DNA of 42,922 nucleotides from Acutalibacteraceae bacterium (GTDB lineage Bacteria; Bacillota; Clostridia; Oscillospirales; Acutalibacteraceae): NCBI GenBank assembly GCA_045654045.1, contig JAZOMP010000070.1, positions 1 to 42,922 of the forward strand, read 5' to 3'. Shown piece by piece: positions 34,374 to 42,922 of this stretch (position 1 is its first letter; each line of letters starts with the position of its first letter). The notes under the pieces were generated by a model. It saw only the letters and a program-made list of their open reading frames with translations, ran no database searches and was not told where the DNA came from. The position numbers and the translations under genes were made by a program.

Positions 34374-35522
34374 TTATTTTCGCAAATTTGAGGCTCGCGA
34401 AACCGAAAGCACCATACCCATTTCCGCAAGCAGCATAACCAGCGACGTACCGCCGTAGCTGAAAAACGGAAGCGAAATACCCGTGTTGGGAATGGTATCG
34501 GTAACAACGAGGATATTGAGAATAGTCTGGATACCAACCTGGAAAACTATACCCATTGAAAGAAGTGAGCCGAATTTACTGCGGCAGTTCATTGCAATAA
34601 CAAAGCCTCTCCACACAAGAAGGGCAAAGAGCACGATAATTGCCGTTGCGCCTACAAATCCCAGCTCCTCACAAACGATGGCGAAGATAAAGTCATTCTG
34701 CGGCTCGGAAACGTAGAGGTGCTTCTGCTTGGATTCGCCCAGACCCTGTCCGAGGAAGCCGCCCGAGCCTATAGCGTTGAGAGACTGATTTGTCTGCCAG
34801 CGTGCACCGCGCGGGTCGTAATCCTTATCAAGCCAGGCGACAATTCTTTCGCCCGCATATTCTTTAAGCAAATCAGGGTTGGCAACAAAGAATACAATAA
34901 GAGCTATAACCAGACCCACACCTGCAACAAACCACCACTTATTAAAACCGCCGAGGTAGAGCATTGCAACGGAAATTGCCGCCATAAGAATAGCACCCGA
35001 AAGGTGATTTTCAAGGGCAACAAGACCGGCAAACACAATTGCCACAGCACCGAAGTAAAGAGCAAACTTCCAATCCTTTTTAATTTCTTTTTCCCATTTT
35101 TCACATGCCCAGGCGTAGAAAAGCACTATTGCAATTTTTGCTATTTCCGAGGGCTGAAAGGTAAAGCTGCCTATGGCAATCCAACGGTAAAAGCCCGGCT
35201 TCCACTGCGGAAGAACAAAGACTATCAGCAGCAGAAACAGCGAAGCTCCCATACCTAAAAGAGCCAGAATACGGAAATATTTATAATTTACCTTCGAGAT
35301 AAACAGCATAGCCGTAACACCGATTGCGGCAAATATGCCTTGACGCACGATGAAATGAAGGCTGTTGTCGTACTTATAATAGGCATAGGAGTAGCCTGCC
35401 GAAAAAAGCATAACAAGACCCGTAATCAGCAACGCAAGGACTATCAGCAGAAAGGTTACGTCAAAGTTACCCTTTGCAAAATATTTTTCAAAGCGTGCGA
35501 AAACACTGCTTTTCTTTTCCAA
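34374..35522 (-). CDS. ftsW: SEDS-family peptidoglycan glycosyltransferase FtsW/SpoVE
   Basis: 10-TM SEDS protein (FQPSEIAKI, LPFFSYGGTS). dcw position. Confidence 0.9.
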   Translation of the reverse strand: MEKKSSVFARFEKYFAKGNFDVTFLLIVLALLITGLVMLFSAGYSYAYYKYDNSLHFIVRQGIFAAIGVTAMLFISKVNYKYFRILALLGMGASLFLLLIVFVLPQWKPGFYRWIAIGSFTFQPSEIAKIAIVLFYAWACEKWEKEIKKDWKFALYFGAVAIVFAGLVALENHLSGAILMAAISVAMLYLGGFNKWWFVAGVGLVIALIVFFVANPDLLKEYAGERIVAWLDKDYDPRGARWQTNQSLNAIGSGGFLGQGLGESKQKHLYVSEPQNDFIFAIVCEELGFVGATAIIVLFALLVWRGFVIAMNCRSKFGSLLSMGIVFQVGIQTILNILVVTDTIPNTGISLPFFSYGGTSLVMLLAEMGMVLSVSRASNLRK

Positions 35523-35537
35523 AGCAATCCCCCCAGA

Positions 35538-36560
35538 TCAGCCATAATATATAATTGCCGCGCCTATGGCACAGCCGATAATGTTCACAATTGAGAAAAC
35601 AAGAACGATTTTCTTTTCGCCCCAGCCACTCATTTCAAAATGGTGGTGAATGGGCGCCATTTTGAAAATGCGTTTGCCGTGGGTGAGCTTGAAATAGCCT
35701 ATCTGAAGGACATCGGAAAGGCCTTCGATAAAGTAAATTATGCCGACGGGCAGAAGAATCAGCGGACAGTCCACCGCATAAGCAAGAGCAACTACCATTC
35801 CACCGAGGAACATTGAGCCCGTGTCACCCATAAATACCTTTGCAGGGTTCCAGTTCCACACAAGGAAGCCTGCACAGGCACCCGCAAGGCAGGCAGCAAG
35901 CAGACCTGCACCGAGATTGTTGCGCATAAAAGCAATTACAATCATTGCGGCGGCAGAGGTGAGAGTAACGGAAGAACAAAGCCCGTCAATTCCGTCGGTA
36001 AAGTTGACGGCATTGGTTGCTCCGTAAATCAGACAGATACCAAAAAGGAAAAAGAATATTCCGAGGTCACCCGTTGCACCGTAGAACGGAATGTACATAT
36101 ACGAACACCCTGCAAGCTTCAGACTGCCAAGGTAGGCAATTATTGCAAGAAGCTGCATGAGAGTTTTCTGCCTGACTGTAAGACCGAGGTTGCGCTTTTT
36201 GACAACCTTGATGTAATCATCCACAAAGCCGATAAGACCGAGTGTCAGCGACATAAAGATACCCGCAAAGAGCTTTGTATACATTGACGAGCGGACAAGA
36301 TTTTCGCCCTGAACAATATCACCACCCATAATCCTGTCCGAAACAAGCACAACAAGAAGCGAGAGTAGTGTGCCGGCAATAAAAATCAGACCGCCCATTG
36401 TGGGTGTGCCCTGCTTGTTTTTGTGCCACGCAGGACCTATTTCAAGAATAGTCTGCCCGAATTTGAGCCTGCGAAGCCACGGAATCATAATAAATCCGAG
36501 CAAGGCGGTAATTCCGAAGCCTAAAACTGCACCGAGACCCAGAGCAAAAAATGTATTCAT
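35538..36560 (-). CDS. mraY: phospho-N-acetylmuramoyl-pentapeptide transferase
   Basis: GFVDDYIKV, NAVNFTDGIDGL, GDTGSMFLGG, HHHFE. Confidence 0.95.
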   Translation of the reverse strand: MNTFFALGLGAVLGFGITALLGFIMIPWLRRLKFGQTILEIGPAWHKNKQGTPTMGGLIFIAGTLLSLLVVLVSDRIMGGDIVQGENLVRSSMYTKLFAGIFMSLTLGLIGFVDDYIKVVKKRNLGLTVRQKTLMQLLAIIAYLGSLKLAGCSYMYIPFYGATGDLGIFFFLFGICLIYGATNAVNFTDGIDGLCSSVTLTSAAAMIVIAFMRNNLGAGLLAACLAGACAGFLVWNWNPAKVFMGDTGSMFLGGMVVALAYAVDCPLILLPVGIIYFIEGLSDVLQIGYFKLTHGKRIFKMAPIHHHFEMSGWGEKKIVLVFSIVNIIGCAIGAAIIYYG

Positions 36561-36584
36561 AAAGCGAAAGCCTCCGAAAGTAAC

Positions 36585-37931
36585 TTATTCTTTAAAAGCT
36601 GTTATTACTTCCTCTAATTTCATTCCCCTGCTTGCCTTGAAAAGCACCGCATCTCCTGCAGTAAGTTCTCTTTTGAGTTCTTCTGCAAGAGCGTTTTTAT
36701 CGTCAAAGCTCTTTGCGAAAGCTATGCCGTTTTCCCTTGCACTTTCTGCAGCAAGAGCAGCCGTTTCGCCGTAGGTGTAAAGGCGGTCGATACCCTTTTG
36801 GGCGACAAGTACGCCTATTTCCTTATGTGCAGAAGCTGAAATTTCGCCAAGCTCGAGCATATCACCGAAAACGAGCACCTTTGTTTTTGCATTGAAGCCT
36901 TTAAGCACTTCAATTGCCGCACGCATTGAATCGGGGCTTGCGTTGTAGCAATCCTCAACAACGGTAATGCCGTTAAAATCACTTACGCGCTGGCGCATAC
37001 CCGAGGTTACGTATTTGGAAAGGCCTTCCGCCGCCTTTTCGGGACTTACGCCTAGATAAATACCGACAGCAAAGGCGGAAAGCGCATTGTAAACGTTGTG
37101 AATACCGACCGTGGGTATTGTAACAGTCTGAACCTTGCCACCGGAAACCACTGTAAAGGTCGTTTCCTTTTCACCCTGCTCAATATCCTTTGCGATATAG
37201 TCGCAATCGGGGTTTTCTATACCGAATTTTATAACCTTGCGGTCAGCAAGCTCAACAGTTGAAAGCAAATCGTCATCGCCGTTTACAACAAGCGGCGCAC
37301 CGGGCTTGAGACCGTCAAGAATTTCAAGTTTTGCCTTGAGTATGCCCTCTCTTGAGCCGAGGTGTTCAATATGGGAAACACCGATTTTGCTGATTACGCC
37401 TATACTCGGCTGAGCGACCTGAGAAAGGCGGGAGATTTCGCCGAAGGCACTCATACCCATTTCAAGTATTGCCGCCTCATAATCCGCATTCATACGGAAC
37501 ACCGTTGTCGGCAGACCGATTTCATTGTTGAGGTTACCCTCATTCTTCAACGTATTATATTTTTCGGACAGAACAGCATAAACCATTTCCTTTGTTGTTG
37601 TCTTGCCTACGCTACCCGTAATACCCGCAACAGGAATTGAGAAAAGCGAACGGTAGTAAGCGGCAAGCTGCATAAATGCCTTGCCGGTATCTTCTACCAA
37701 CAACACTTCACCATTTACTTCGACAGGCTTTGAACACACAGCCGCAACGGCGCCCTGCTCAAAAGCAGAGGCAACAAAGCTATGACCGTCGAAGCGTTCA
37801 CCGACAAGGGCGATAAAAAGACAGCCCTTTGTGATTTTACGCGAGTCAGTACATATACTTAATATCTCCGCGTCCTCACGGCAGGAAGTGCCCAATGCGG
37901 CGACTATTTCTTTAAGTCTGAGCGGTATCAT
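36585..37931 (-). CDS. murF: UDP-N-acetylmuramoyl-tripeptide--D-alanyl-D-alanine ligase
   Basis: GITGSVGKTTTKEM P-loop, Mur ligase domains, dcw position after murE. Confidence 0.9.
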   Translation of the reverse strand: MIPLRLKEIVAALGTSCREDAEILSICTDSRKITKGCLFIALVGERFDGHSFVASAFEQGAVAAVCSKPVEVNGEVLLVEDTGKAFMQLAAYYRSLFSIPVAGITGSVGKTTTKEMVYAVLSEKYNTLKNEGNLNNEIGLPTTVFRMNADYEAAILEMGMSAFGEISRLSQVAQPSIGVISKIGVSHIEHLGSREGILKAKLEILDGLKPGAPLVVNGDDDLLSTVELADRKVIKFGIENPDCDYIAKDIEQGEKETTFTVVSGGKVQTVTIPTVGIHNVYNALSAFAVGIYLGVSPEKAAEGLSKYVTSGMRQRVSDFNGITVVEDCYNASPDSMRAAIEVLKGFNAKTKVLVFGDMLELGEISASAHKEIGVLVAQKGIDRLYTYGETAALAAESARENGIAFAKSFDDKNALAEELKRELTAGDAVLFKASRGMKLEEVITAFKE

Positions 37932-37948
37932 TCACCGAACCTCCGGAT

Positions 37949-39382
37949 TTATTTATTGAGCAGGTCGCGAACGACCTCACGTTCGTCGTAATGACGTTTT
38001 TCAGTACCGATAATCTGATAGGTTTCGTGTCCCTTACCTGCAAGAAGAACGATATCGTTTTCGTTTGCCTCGTTGAGCGCAAACTCTATAGCCTCAGTTC
38101 TGTCCGTAATTGTTACAACGGGAATCTTTGCGCCCTTTGTACCTTCAGCAATCTCGTTGACTATTGTCTGCGGGTCTTCGGTACGGGGGTTATCGGAAGT
38201 GATAACTACAAAGTCGGACATATCAGCGGCAATTTTACCCATCTGCGGACGCTTTGTTTTGTCCCTGTCACCGCCACAGCCGAAAACGGTTATAACTCTT
38301 GCTTCGGCAATTTTACGAAGTGCGGCAAGAATATTCTGAAGTCCGTCGGGTGAATGGGCATAGTCGATTATAACGGTAAAGTCCGTATCTGTGGGAACAA
38401 CCTCAATTCTGCCGGGTACACCAACCGCTTCGCCGAGTGCTTTCGCCACCTCATCCATAGGCAGACCGAGTTCAACGGCACAGACAGCAGCTCCCATAGA
38501 ATTATAAACCGTAAAGCCGCCGGGAATTCGCATCTTAATGCGTTCAAGTCTGCCGAAGCCGACAAGAATATAGGAAACACCGCTTGTCTTGTATTCGGCA
38601 TTCTTTGCCGTATAATCCGCCTTGTCGCTCATAACGGAATACGTTACCTTGCGGCAAGCTGTACCCTCTACCATAGCGGAGTGTGCCTCGTCGTCACGGT
38701 TGATAACGGCGGTATCACACATTTCAAAAAGCTTGTGCTTTGCGGCAATGTAGTTTTCAAAATTGCCGTGATAGTCAAGATGGTCCTGCGTAAGATTAGT
38801 GAAAATTGCGCTTTCGTAGCGCAGACCGGCAACTCGCTGCTGTGCAAGCGCCTGTGAGGAAACCTCCATAACGCAGAATTCACAGCCTGCTTCAACCATT
38901 TCGGCAAAAAGTGAATTGAGTTCAAACGGGTCAGGAGTGGTGAGGTGGGCAGGATACTCCTTATCACCTACCATATTCTTAACCGTACCTACAAGACCCG
39001 TCTTATGGCCTAAGCTTTCAAAAATGGCTTTAAGCAGGAAACAGGTCGTTGTTTTGCCGTTCGTGCCCGTTACACCGACAAGACGGAGCTTACGGGCAGG
39101 ATTGGAGAAAAACGACGCAGAGAGAAGCGAAAACGCTTCTCTTGTGTCTTCAACTATTAACTGGTTTTCACAGCCTGTATCGTGCTGTGCAACAATGAGC
39201 ACAGCACCGTTTCTGACGGCATCGTGTGCCGCGTCGTGTCCGTCAAAGCGAGCACCCTTTACGCAGACAAATACACTGCCCTCACAAACCTTTCGTGAAT
39301 CCTCGGTGACAAGCGTTACCTCGGCATCTTTTATGCCGCCGAAGCCGTAGCCTGCACCCTCCAGAAGCTGAAATAATTTCAT
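37949..39382 (-). CDS. murE: UDP-N-acetylmuramoyl-L-alanyl-D-glutamate--2,6-diaminopimelate ligase
   Basis: GVTGTNGKTTT P-loop. The DNPRTEDP (DNPR) motif is characteristic of meso-DAP-adding MurE. Confidence 0.9.
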   Translation of the reverse strand: MKLFQLLEGAGYGFGGIKDAEVTLVTEDSRKVCEGSVFVCVKGARFDGHDAAHDAVRNGAVLIVAQHDTGCENQLIVEDTREAFSLLSASFFSNPARKLRLVGVTGTNGKTTTCFLLKAIFESLGHKTGLVGTVKNMVGDKEYPAHLTTPDPFELNSLFAEMVEAGCEFCVMEVSSQALAQQRVAGLRYESAIFTNLTQDHLDYHGNFENYIAAKHKLFEMCDTAVINRDDEAHSAMVEGTACRKVTYSVMSDKADYTAKNAEYKTSGVSYILVGFGRLERIKMRIPGGFTVYNSMGAAVCAVELGLPMDEVAKALGEAVGVPGRIEVVPTDTDFTVIIDYAHSPDGLQNILAALRKIAEARVITVFGCGGDRDKTKRPQMGKIAADMSDFVVITSDNPRTEDPQTIVNEIAEGTKGAKIPVVTITDRTEAIEFALNEANENDIVLLAGKGHETYQIIGTEKRHYDEREVVRDLLNK

Positions 39383-39414
39383 TTACTTTTTCCTCTTTTA
39401 AATAATTGTAAAAA

Positions 39415-41685
39415 TTATCCGTATATGGAGTCCGAAACACCGGAATACGATTTGAAGTAAACCGTTACCACCGAACCGTAAGGCACCTTGGTATCCTTCG
39501 GTGTATCCTGACTGTAGGCTAAAATGTCGGAGCCGGAGAAAGCGTTACCCGAAATTTTGATATTAAGACCTAAATCGTTGGCGCTTCGCCTTGCCATTGA
39601 AAGGCTCATACCTGCAAATTCGGGCACGGTAGCCATTTCCTCTGCCCTGTCATCGGTATAGAGTATTACCACACCGTTTCTCGGCATAGTCTGACCGAAG
39701 GCGGGAATCTGCTTGATAACGTTGTCGCCGTTACCGATAACTCTTACTTTAAGATTCTGGTCATCTGCAATCTGCTTTGCATCTTCAACCGTTCTGCCGG
39801 TAAGTGCAGGAGCGGCAACATCGATAAGTGTCTGCTCTTCTTCGGTATATTCGGGTTCAACGCTTAAGTATGTCATAACCTCTTCTACAAGAGCCGCCGC
39901 AACGGGAGCTGCAATCTGACCTCCGTTAATCTGGCCGACGGGCTCGTCGATTGTAATAAGAATTGCTACCTTGGGGTCGTCGCCCGGTGCAACACAGGAG
40001 AAGGAAGCAACGTACTGGTTATTCGCCGCACCGATTTTCTGTGAAGTACCTGTCTTACCTGCTACGTGGAAACCTGCAACGTAGGCGTTCTTACCGGTAC
40101 CTGCGCTGACAACTGCTTCCATCATATCAAGAACGGTTCGTGCTGTAGATTCAGAAACAACCTGACGTTTGACAGTGGGCTGTGTTTCCTTTATTACGTT
40201 GCCCTCACCGTCAAGCTGTTTTGCAACTATGTAAGGCTTCATCAGCTTGCCGCCGTTTGCAATTGCAGCAATTGCAGTAATCATCTGCATGGGGCTGACC
40301 TGGAAGGTCTGACCGAAGGAACAGCTCGAAAGCTGTGATATACCCATTTTTTCCTGCGTGTGGTAGGTTACACCTGCCTTGGGCACAGCCTCACCCGAAA
40401 GGTCAATGCCTGTGGTTTCAGTAAAGCCGAAAGCTTCAAAGTATTCACAGAACTTTTCAACACCGAGCTTCTGACCGACGGTGATAAAGAACGGGTTACA
40501 GGAATTCATAAGAGCCATCTGAAGATTCTGCCTGCCGTGGCCCTCGTGCTTGTGGCACTTGATGTAGTTGTTGGCAACCTGAATACCGCCGACGCAGGTG
40601 TAGGACATATCCCTGTTCGCAACACCCTCTTCAAGAGCAGCGGCAAGAGTGATAACCTTGAAAACCGAGCCGGGTTCATATGTATCACTTATTGTTCTGT
40701 TTCTCCACTGTGCCTGACGGGCAATTGAAACAGCCTCGTTCTTTGCGGCCGGGTCTTCAATAGCCGCTATTTCGGTATTGACTGTTTCGCTTAAAATTGT
40801 ATAAGGCTGGTTGAGGTCATAGTCGGGCTGGTTGGACATAGCCAGAATTGCGCCCGTTTCAACGTCCATAACAAGACCGTAAGCAGCGTTCGCCTGAGCG
40901 CTCTCATATGCTTTTTCAAGCTCTGCTTCAAGCAGGCTCTGTATTGTTTCATCAATTGTGAGAACAAGGCTTGTGCCCTGCTGTGCGGCGTAGCTTGCGG
41001 TGTATTCGATAGGCATACTGCCGAGCGTACCGTTCTTGGCTGTGATAACCCTGCCGGGAATACCCGTAAGAACATTGTCATACTTGTATTCAAGGCCTTC
41101 GATACCTACATCATCCGTACCCGTAAAGCCGATAATTGTTGAAGCAAGAGAATTGTAGGGGTAGTAACGCTTGGTGTCAGGCTCGATGCCTATACAATCG
41201 TAAAGCTCGTTTTCGGAAATAAACTCGCTGACACGGTTTTTGGATTCAAGCTCTACCTCACCCTTGATTTTCTGATAGCCGCTTGTGGATTTGAGCGATT
41301 TTTCGTAAATGCTTTCAGCCTCTACGCCGAGAATTTCGGCAAGACCGTTTGAAACAAGACGTCTTTTTGCTTCAAGCTCAACCTTAATTTCGTTTTCCGT
41401 CTTGTCTTTTTCATTTACTTTAATATTGGACGGGTCAATGAACACCTTCCACGCTGTAGCACTCTGAGCAAGGATTCTGCCGTTGCAGTCGTAAATAGTG
41501 CCGCGAAGCGCCTGAACGGAGCTGTCGCCGAGCTGCTGAAGCTCCGCCTTCTGTCTGTACTCCTCGCCGTCAATAAGCTGGAGCTTTGCAAGGCGTACCA
41601 TACCCGTTCCAAAGCCGAGAACAAGCACGAGAGCAAGAAGTATACCCGCTCTTTTAATCATAAGTTTCGACGGTTTTGAAGCCAT
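39415..41685 (-). CDS. class B penicillin-binding protein (FtsI/PBP2B/SpoVD type) with two C-terminal PASTA domains
   Basis: SVFK (SxxK), SCN (SxN) and KTGTS motifs. An N-terminal TM helix. Two PASTA-like repeats at the C-terminus. ATG 41685 (MASKPSKLMIKRAG) has AAGGAGA upstream. The track start at 41844 overlaps ftsL and is rejected. Confidence 0.9.
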   Translation of the reverse strand: MASKPSKLMIKRAGILLALVLVLGFGTGMVRLAKLQLIDGEEYRQKAELQQLGDSSVQALRGTIYDCNGRILAQSATAWKVFIDPSNIKVNEKDKTENEIKVELEAKRRLVSNGLAEILGVEAESIYEKSLKSTSGYQKIKGEVELESKNRVSEFISENELYDCIGIEPDTKRYYPYNSLASTIIGFTGTDDVGIEGLEYKYDNVLTGIPGRVITAKNGTLGSMPIEYTASYAAQQGTSLVLTIDETIQSLLEAELEKAYESAQANAAYGLVMDVETGAILAMSNQPDYDLNQPYTILSETVNTEIAAIEDPAAKNEAVSIARQAQWRNRTISDTYEPGSVFKVITLAAALEEGVANRDMSYTCVGGIQVANNYIKCHKHEGHGRQNLQMALMNSCNPFFITVGQKLGVEKFCEYFEAFGFTETTGIDLSGEAVPKAGVTYHTQEKMGISQLSSCSFGQTFQVSPMQMITAIAAIANGGKLMKPYIVAKQLDGEGNVIKETQPTVKRQVVSESTARTVLDMMEAVVSAGTGKNAYVAGFHVAGKTGTSQKIGAANNQYVASFSCVAPGDDPKVAILITIDEPVGQINGGQIAAPVAAALVEEVMTYLSVEPEYTEEEQTLIDVAAPALTGRTVEDAKQIADDQNLKVRVIGNGDNVIKQIPAFGQTMPRNGVVILYTDDRAEEMATVPEFAGMSLSMARRSANDLGLNIKISGNAFSGSDILAYSQDTPKDTKVPYGSVVTVYFKSYSGVSDSIYG

Positions 41686-41809
41686 ACCGACAGTCTCCTT
41701 TCCTTTTTCAGTGCCCTGTTTTAGGCGAAAACGACGAGAGTTAAGAAAATCTAACTCCCGTCTGTAACTATATATTATTAATATTACTATTTTATACCTT
41801 AATATATCA

Positions 41810-42265
41810 TTACTGTGCAGGGATAATTTCGTTGCCTGTTTCAAGGTCGAAATAGATTATCTGGTAACGCTCCCTCTTAACCATACCGAGTACATTCTCC
41901 GCATAGTCCTGAACGTTCTCAAGAGATATCTTTGAATTGAGAGCCATATTAAGGCGTGTGTTTTCACTTCTTTTTTCGCTGAGCTCCTTGTCAAGGCTTA
42001 CAATCGCACCGTTGAGCTCGTTAATCTGAACTCTGTAGTTGATATTGGAAGCGATAAAAGCAAAACAGACAGCAGCAACAACAGCGAACTTCGCAATCTT
42101 CACAAGATTGAAGCGTCTTTCAGCCTTGAGCTCCTGCTCTGTCTTGCGCTGAGGCTTGACAAGCGTCGGACGGGCTGCCGGCTGCTGTACGGTCTTTTCT
42201 TTTTTAGGGGCTGCGGAAGAGAATCTGTCAAGATCGTAAGCGATGTTTTCGTTCATATAAGCCAA
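41810..42265 (-). CDS. ftsL: FtsL-like cell division protein (single TM plus coiled coil)
   Basis: Basic N-terminus, TM helix (IAKFAVVAAVCFAFIASNI), then a heptad-like region. Sits between rsmH and the PBP gene. Confidence 0.7.
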   Translation of the reverse strand: MAYMNENIAYDLDRFSSAAPKKEKTVQQPAARPTLVKPQRKTEQELKAERRFNLVKIAKFAVVAAVCFAFIASNINYRVQINELNGAIVSLDKELSEKRSENTRLNMALNSKISLENVQDYAENVLGMVKRERYQIIYFDLETGNEIIPAQ

Positions 42266-42292
42266 AGCTTTGTCCTCCGTTTGTAAATCTGA

Positions 42293-42922
42293 TTAAAGTT
42301 TTTCGATGGTGCGCAGCTTTGCGCTGCGGCTTCTGGAATTTTCCTCAAGTTCCTGTTTTGTCGCCGTTTTGGGCTTGTGTGTTCTGCCGAGCGGTGTTTT
42401 GCCGCAGACACACACGGGGAACTCAGGCGGGCAGGTGCAACCAACAGTGAAGTCAGAAAAGGCATTTTTGATAATTTTATCCTCAAGCGAATGGAAAGTG
42501 ATGATTGCCAACCTGCCGCCTCTGTTAAGCGAATGGAACATATCGTGAGCTGCGCGGTCAAGATTAGTGAGTTCGCCGTTGACCTCGATGCGCAGAGCCA
42601 TAAAACTTTTTTTAGCGGGATGTCCGTCACGCCTTGCGGCCGCCGGATACGCACTCTTGATTATTTCGGCAAGCTGAAGGGTGGTTTCAATTCTGCCCTT
42701 CGCCCTCTCCCTGACTATCGCCTGGGCAATACGGGGGGCAAATTTTTCTTCGCCGAAGGTGTAGAGAATGTTTTTAAGCTCATTTTCGGAAAGCGTGTTT
42801 ACAAGATCTGCCGCACTCGTACCGCTTTTGCTCATACGCATATCGAGCGGTGCATCGCGGTGAAACGAAAAACCTCTTTCCGCTTCGTCGAGCTGGTAGG
42901 AGCTGACGCCGAGGTCAGCCAT
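42293..42922 (-). CDS. rsmH: 16S rRNA (cytosine1402-N4)-methyltransferase, C-terminal part (N-terminus beyond the right edge)
   Basis: [10 protein letters not shown] and [12 protein letters not shown] motifs. The apparent Met at the window edge is internal. Confidence 0.9.
   Translation of the reverse strand: MADLGVSSYQLDEAERGFSFHRDAPLDMRMSKSGTSAADLVNTLSENELKNILYTFGEEKFAPRIAQAIVRERAKGRIETTLQLAEIIKSAYPAAARRDGHPAKKSFMALRIEVNGELTNLDRAAHDMFHSLNRGGRLAIITFHSLEDKIIKNAFSDFTVGCTCPPEFPVCVCGKTPLGRTHKPKTATKQELEENSRSRSAKLRTIEKL

Noticed and set aside
41686-41844. 53-codon N-terminal extension of the PBP ORF in the track (start 41844)
   Set aside because: The extension overlaps the ftsL 3' end and crosses the AT-rich spacer. 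ATG 41685 has an AAGGAGA RBS and yields a normal short cytoplasmic tail plus TM anchor.
1-42922. Search for mobile elements, integrases, tRNA/rRNA genes, CRISPR arrays and known defence systems
   Set aside because: No ORF has transposase, recombinase, nuclease or ATPase hallmarks. Intergenic regions are at most about 200 nt and are explained by promoters and terminators. No cloverleaf-like or long repeat structures were seen by eye. A tRNAscan/Infernal run would be the decisive check.

Overview
The window looks like a chromosomal segment of a Gram-positive anaerobe, probably Clostridia (GGAGG-type RBSs, remB-gyrB arrangement, SpoVD-type PBP with PASTA domains). That taxonomic guess is inference. 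Nearly all genes are on the minus strand, in this order by coordinate.

1. 120-7954: a surface-glycan operon encoding a CDP-3,6-dideoxyhexose pathway (rfbF, rfbG, rfbH, terminal SDR). It also carries a Wzx-like membrane protein, a pyruvyl transferase, a GtrB-like polyprenyl-phosphate GT2 and a NUDIX hydrolase.
2. 8121-9485: a double-length, fused two-domain ThyX.
3. 9527-11476: a secreted metallophosphoesterase and nagB.
4. 11537-15551: a second glycan-initiation operon (oxidoreductase, aminotransferase, small phosphoglycosyl transferase, GT4).
5. 15710-17023: a GH29 fucosidase.
6. 17105-18996: a small-gene island.
7. 19066-24067: the operon CPBP protease-tadA-remB-gyrB-glyA.
8. 24248-26399: xth, a ybaK-like gene and an EamA transporter on the plus strand.
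9. 26477-42922: GH89-folD, then a dcw cluster ftsZ-ftsQ-murA-murG-ftsW-mraY-murF-murE-pbp-ftsL-rsmH. The cluster has no murD and no ftsA.

I found no rRNA, tRNA, CRISPR array, transposase, integrase or recognisable defence genes.

The best candidate for something undescribed is the small-gene island. It holds two paralogous leaderless 47-48 aa amphipathic peptide genes that are absent from the ORF track and hidden under a spurious antisense ORF. Each has its own consensus promoter, strong RBS and terminator. Next to them are a Cys-rich polytopic membrane protein and a Sec-exported 120-aa relative. All three small-gene promoters share a helically phased TGTT(A/G)AC repeat architecture. Functional readings of this island are inference only.
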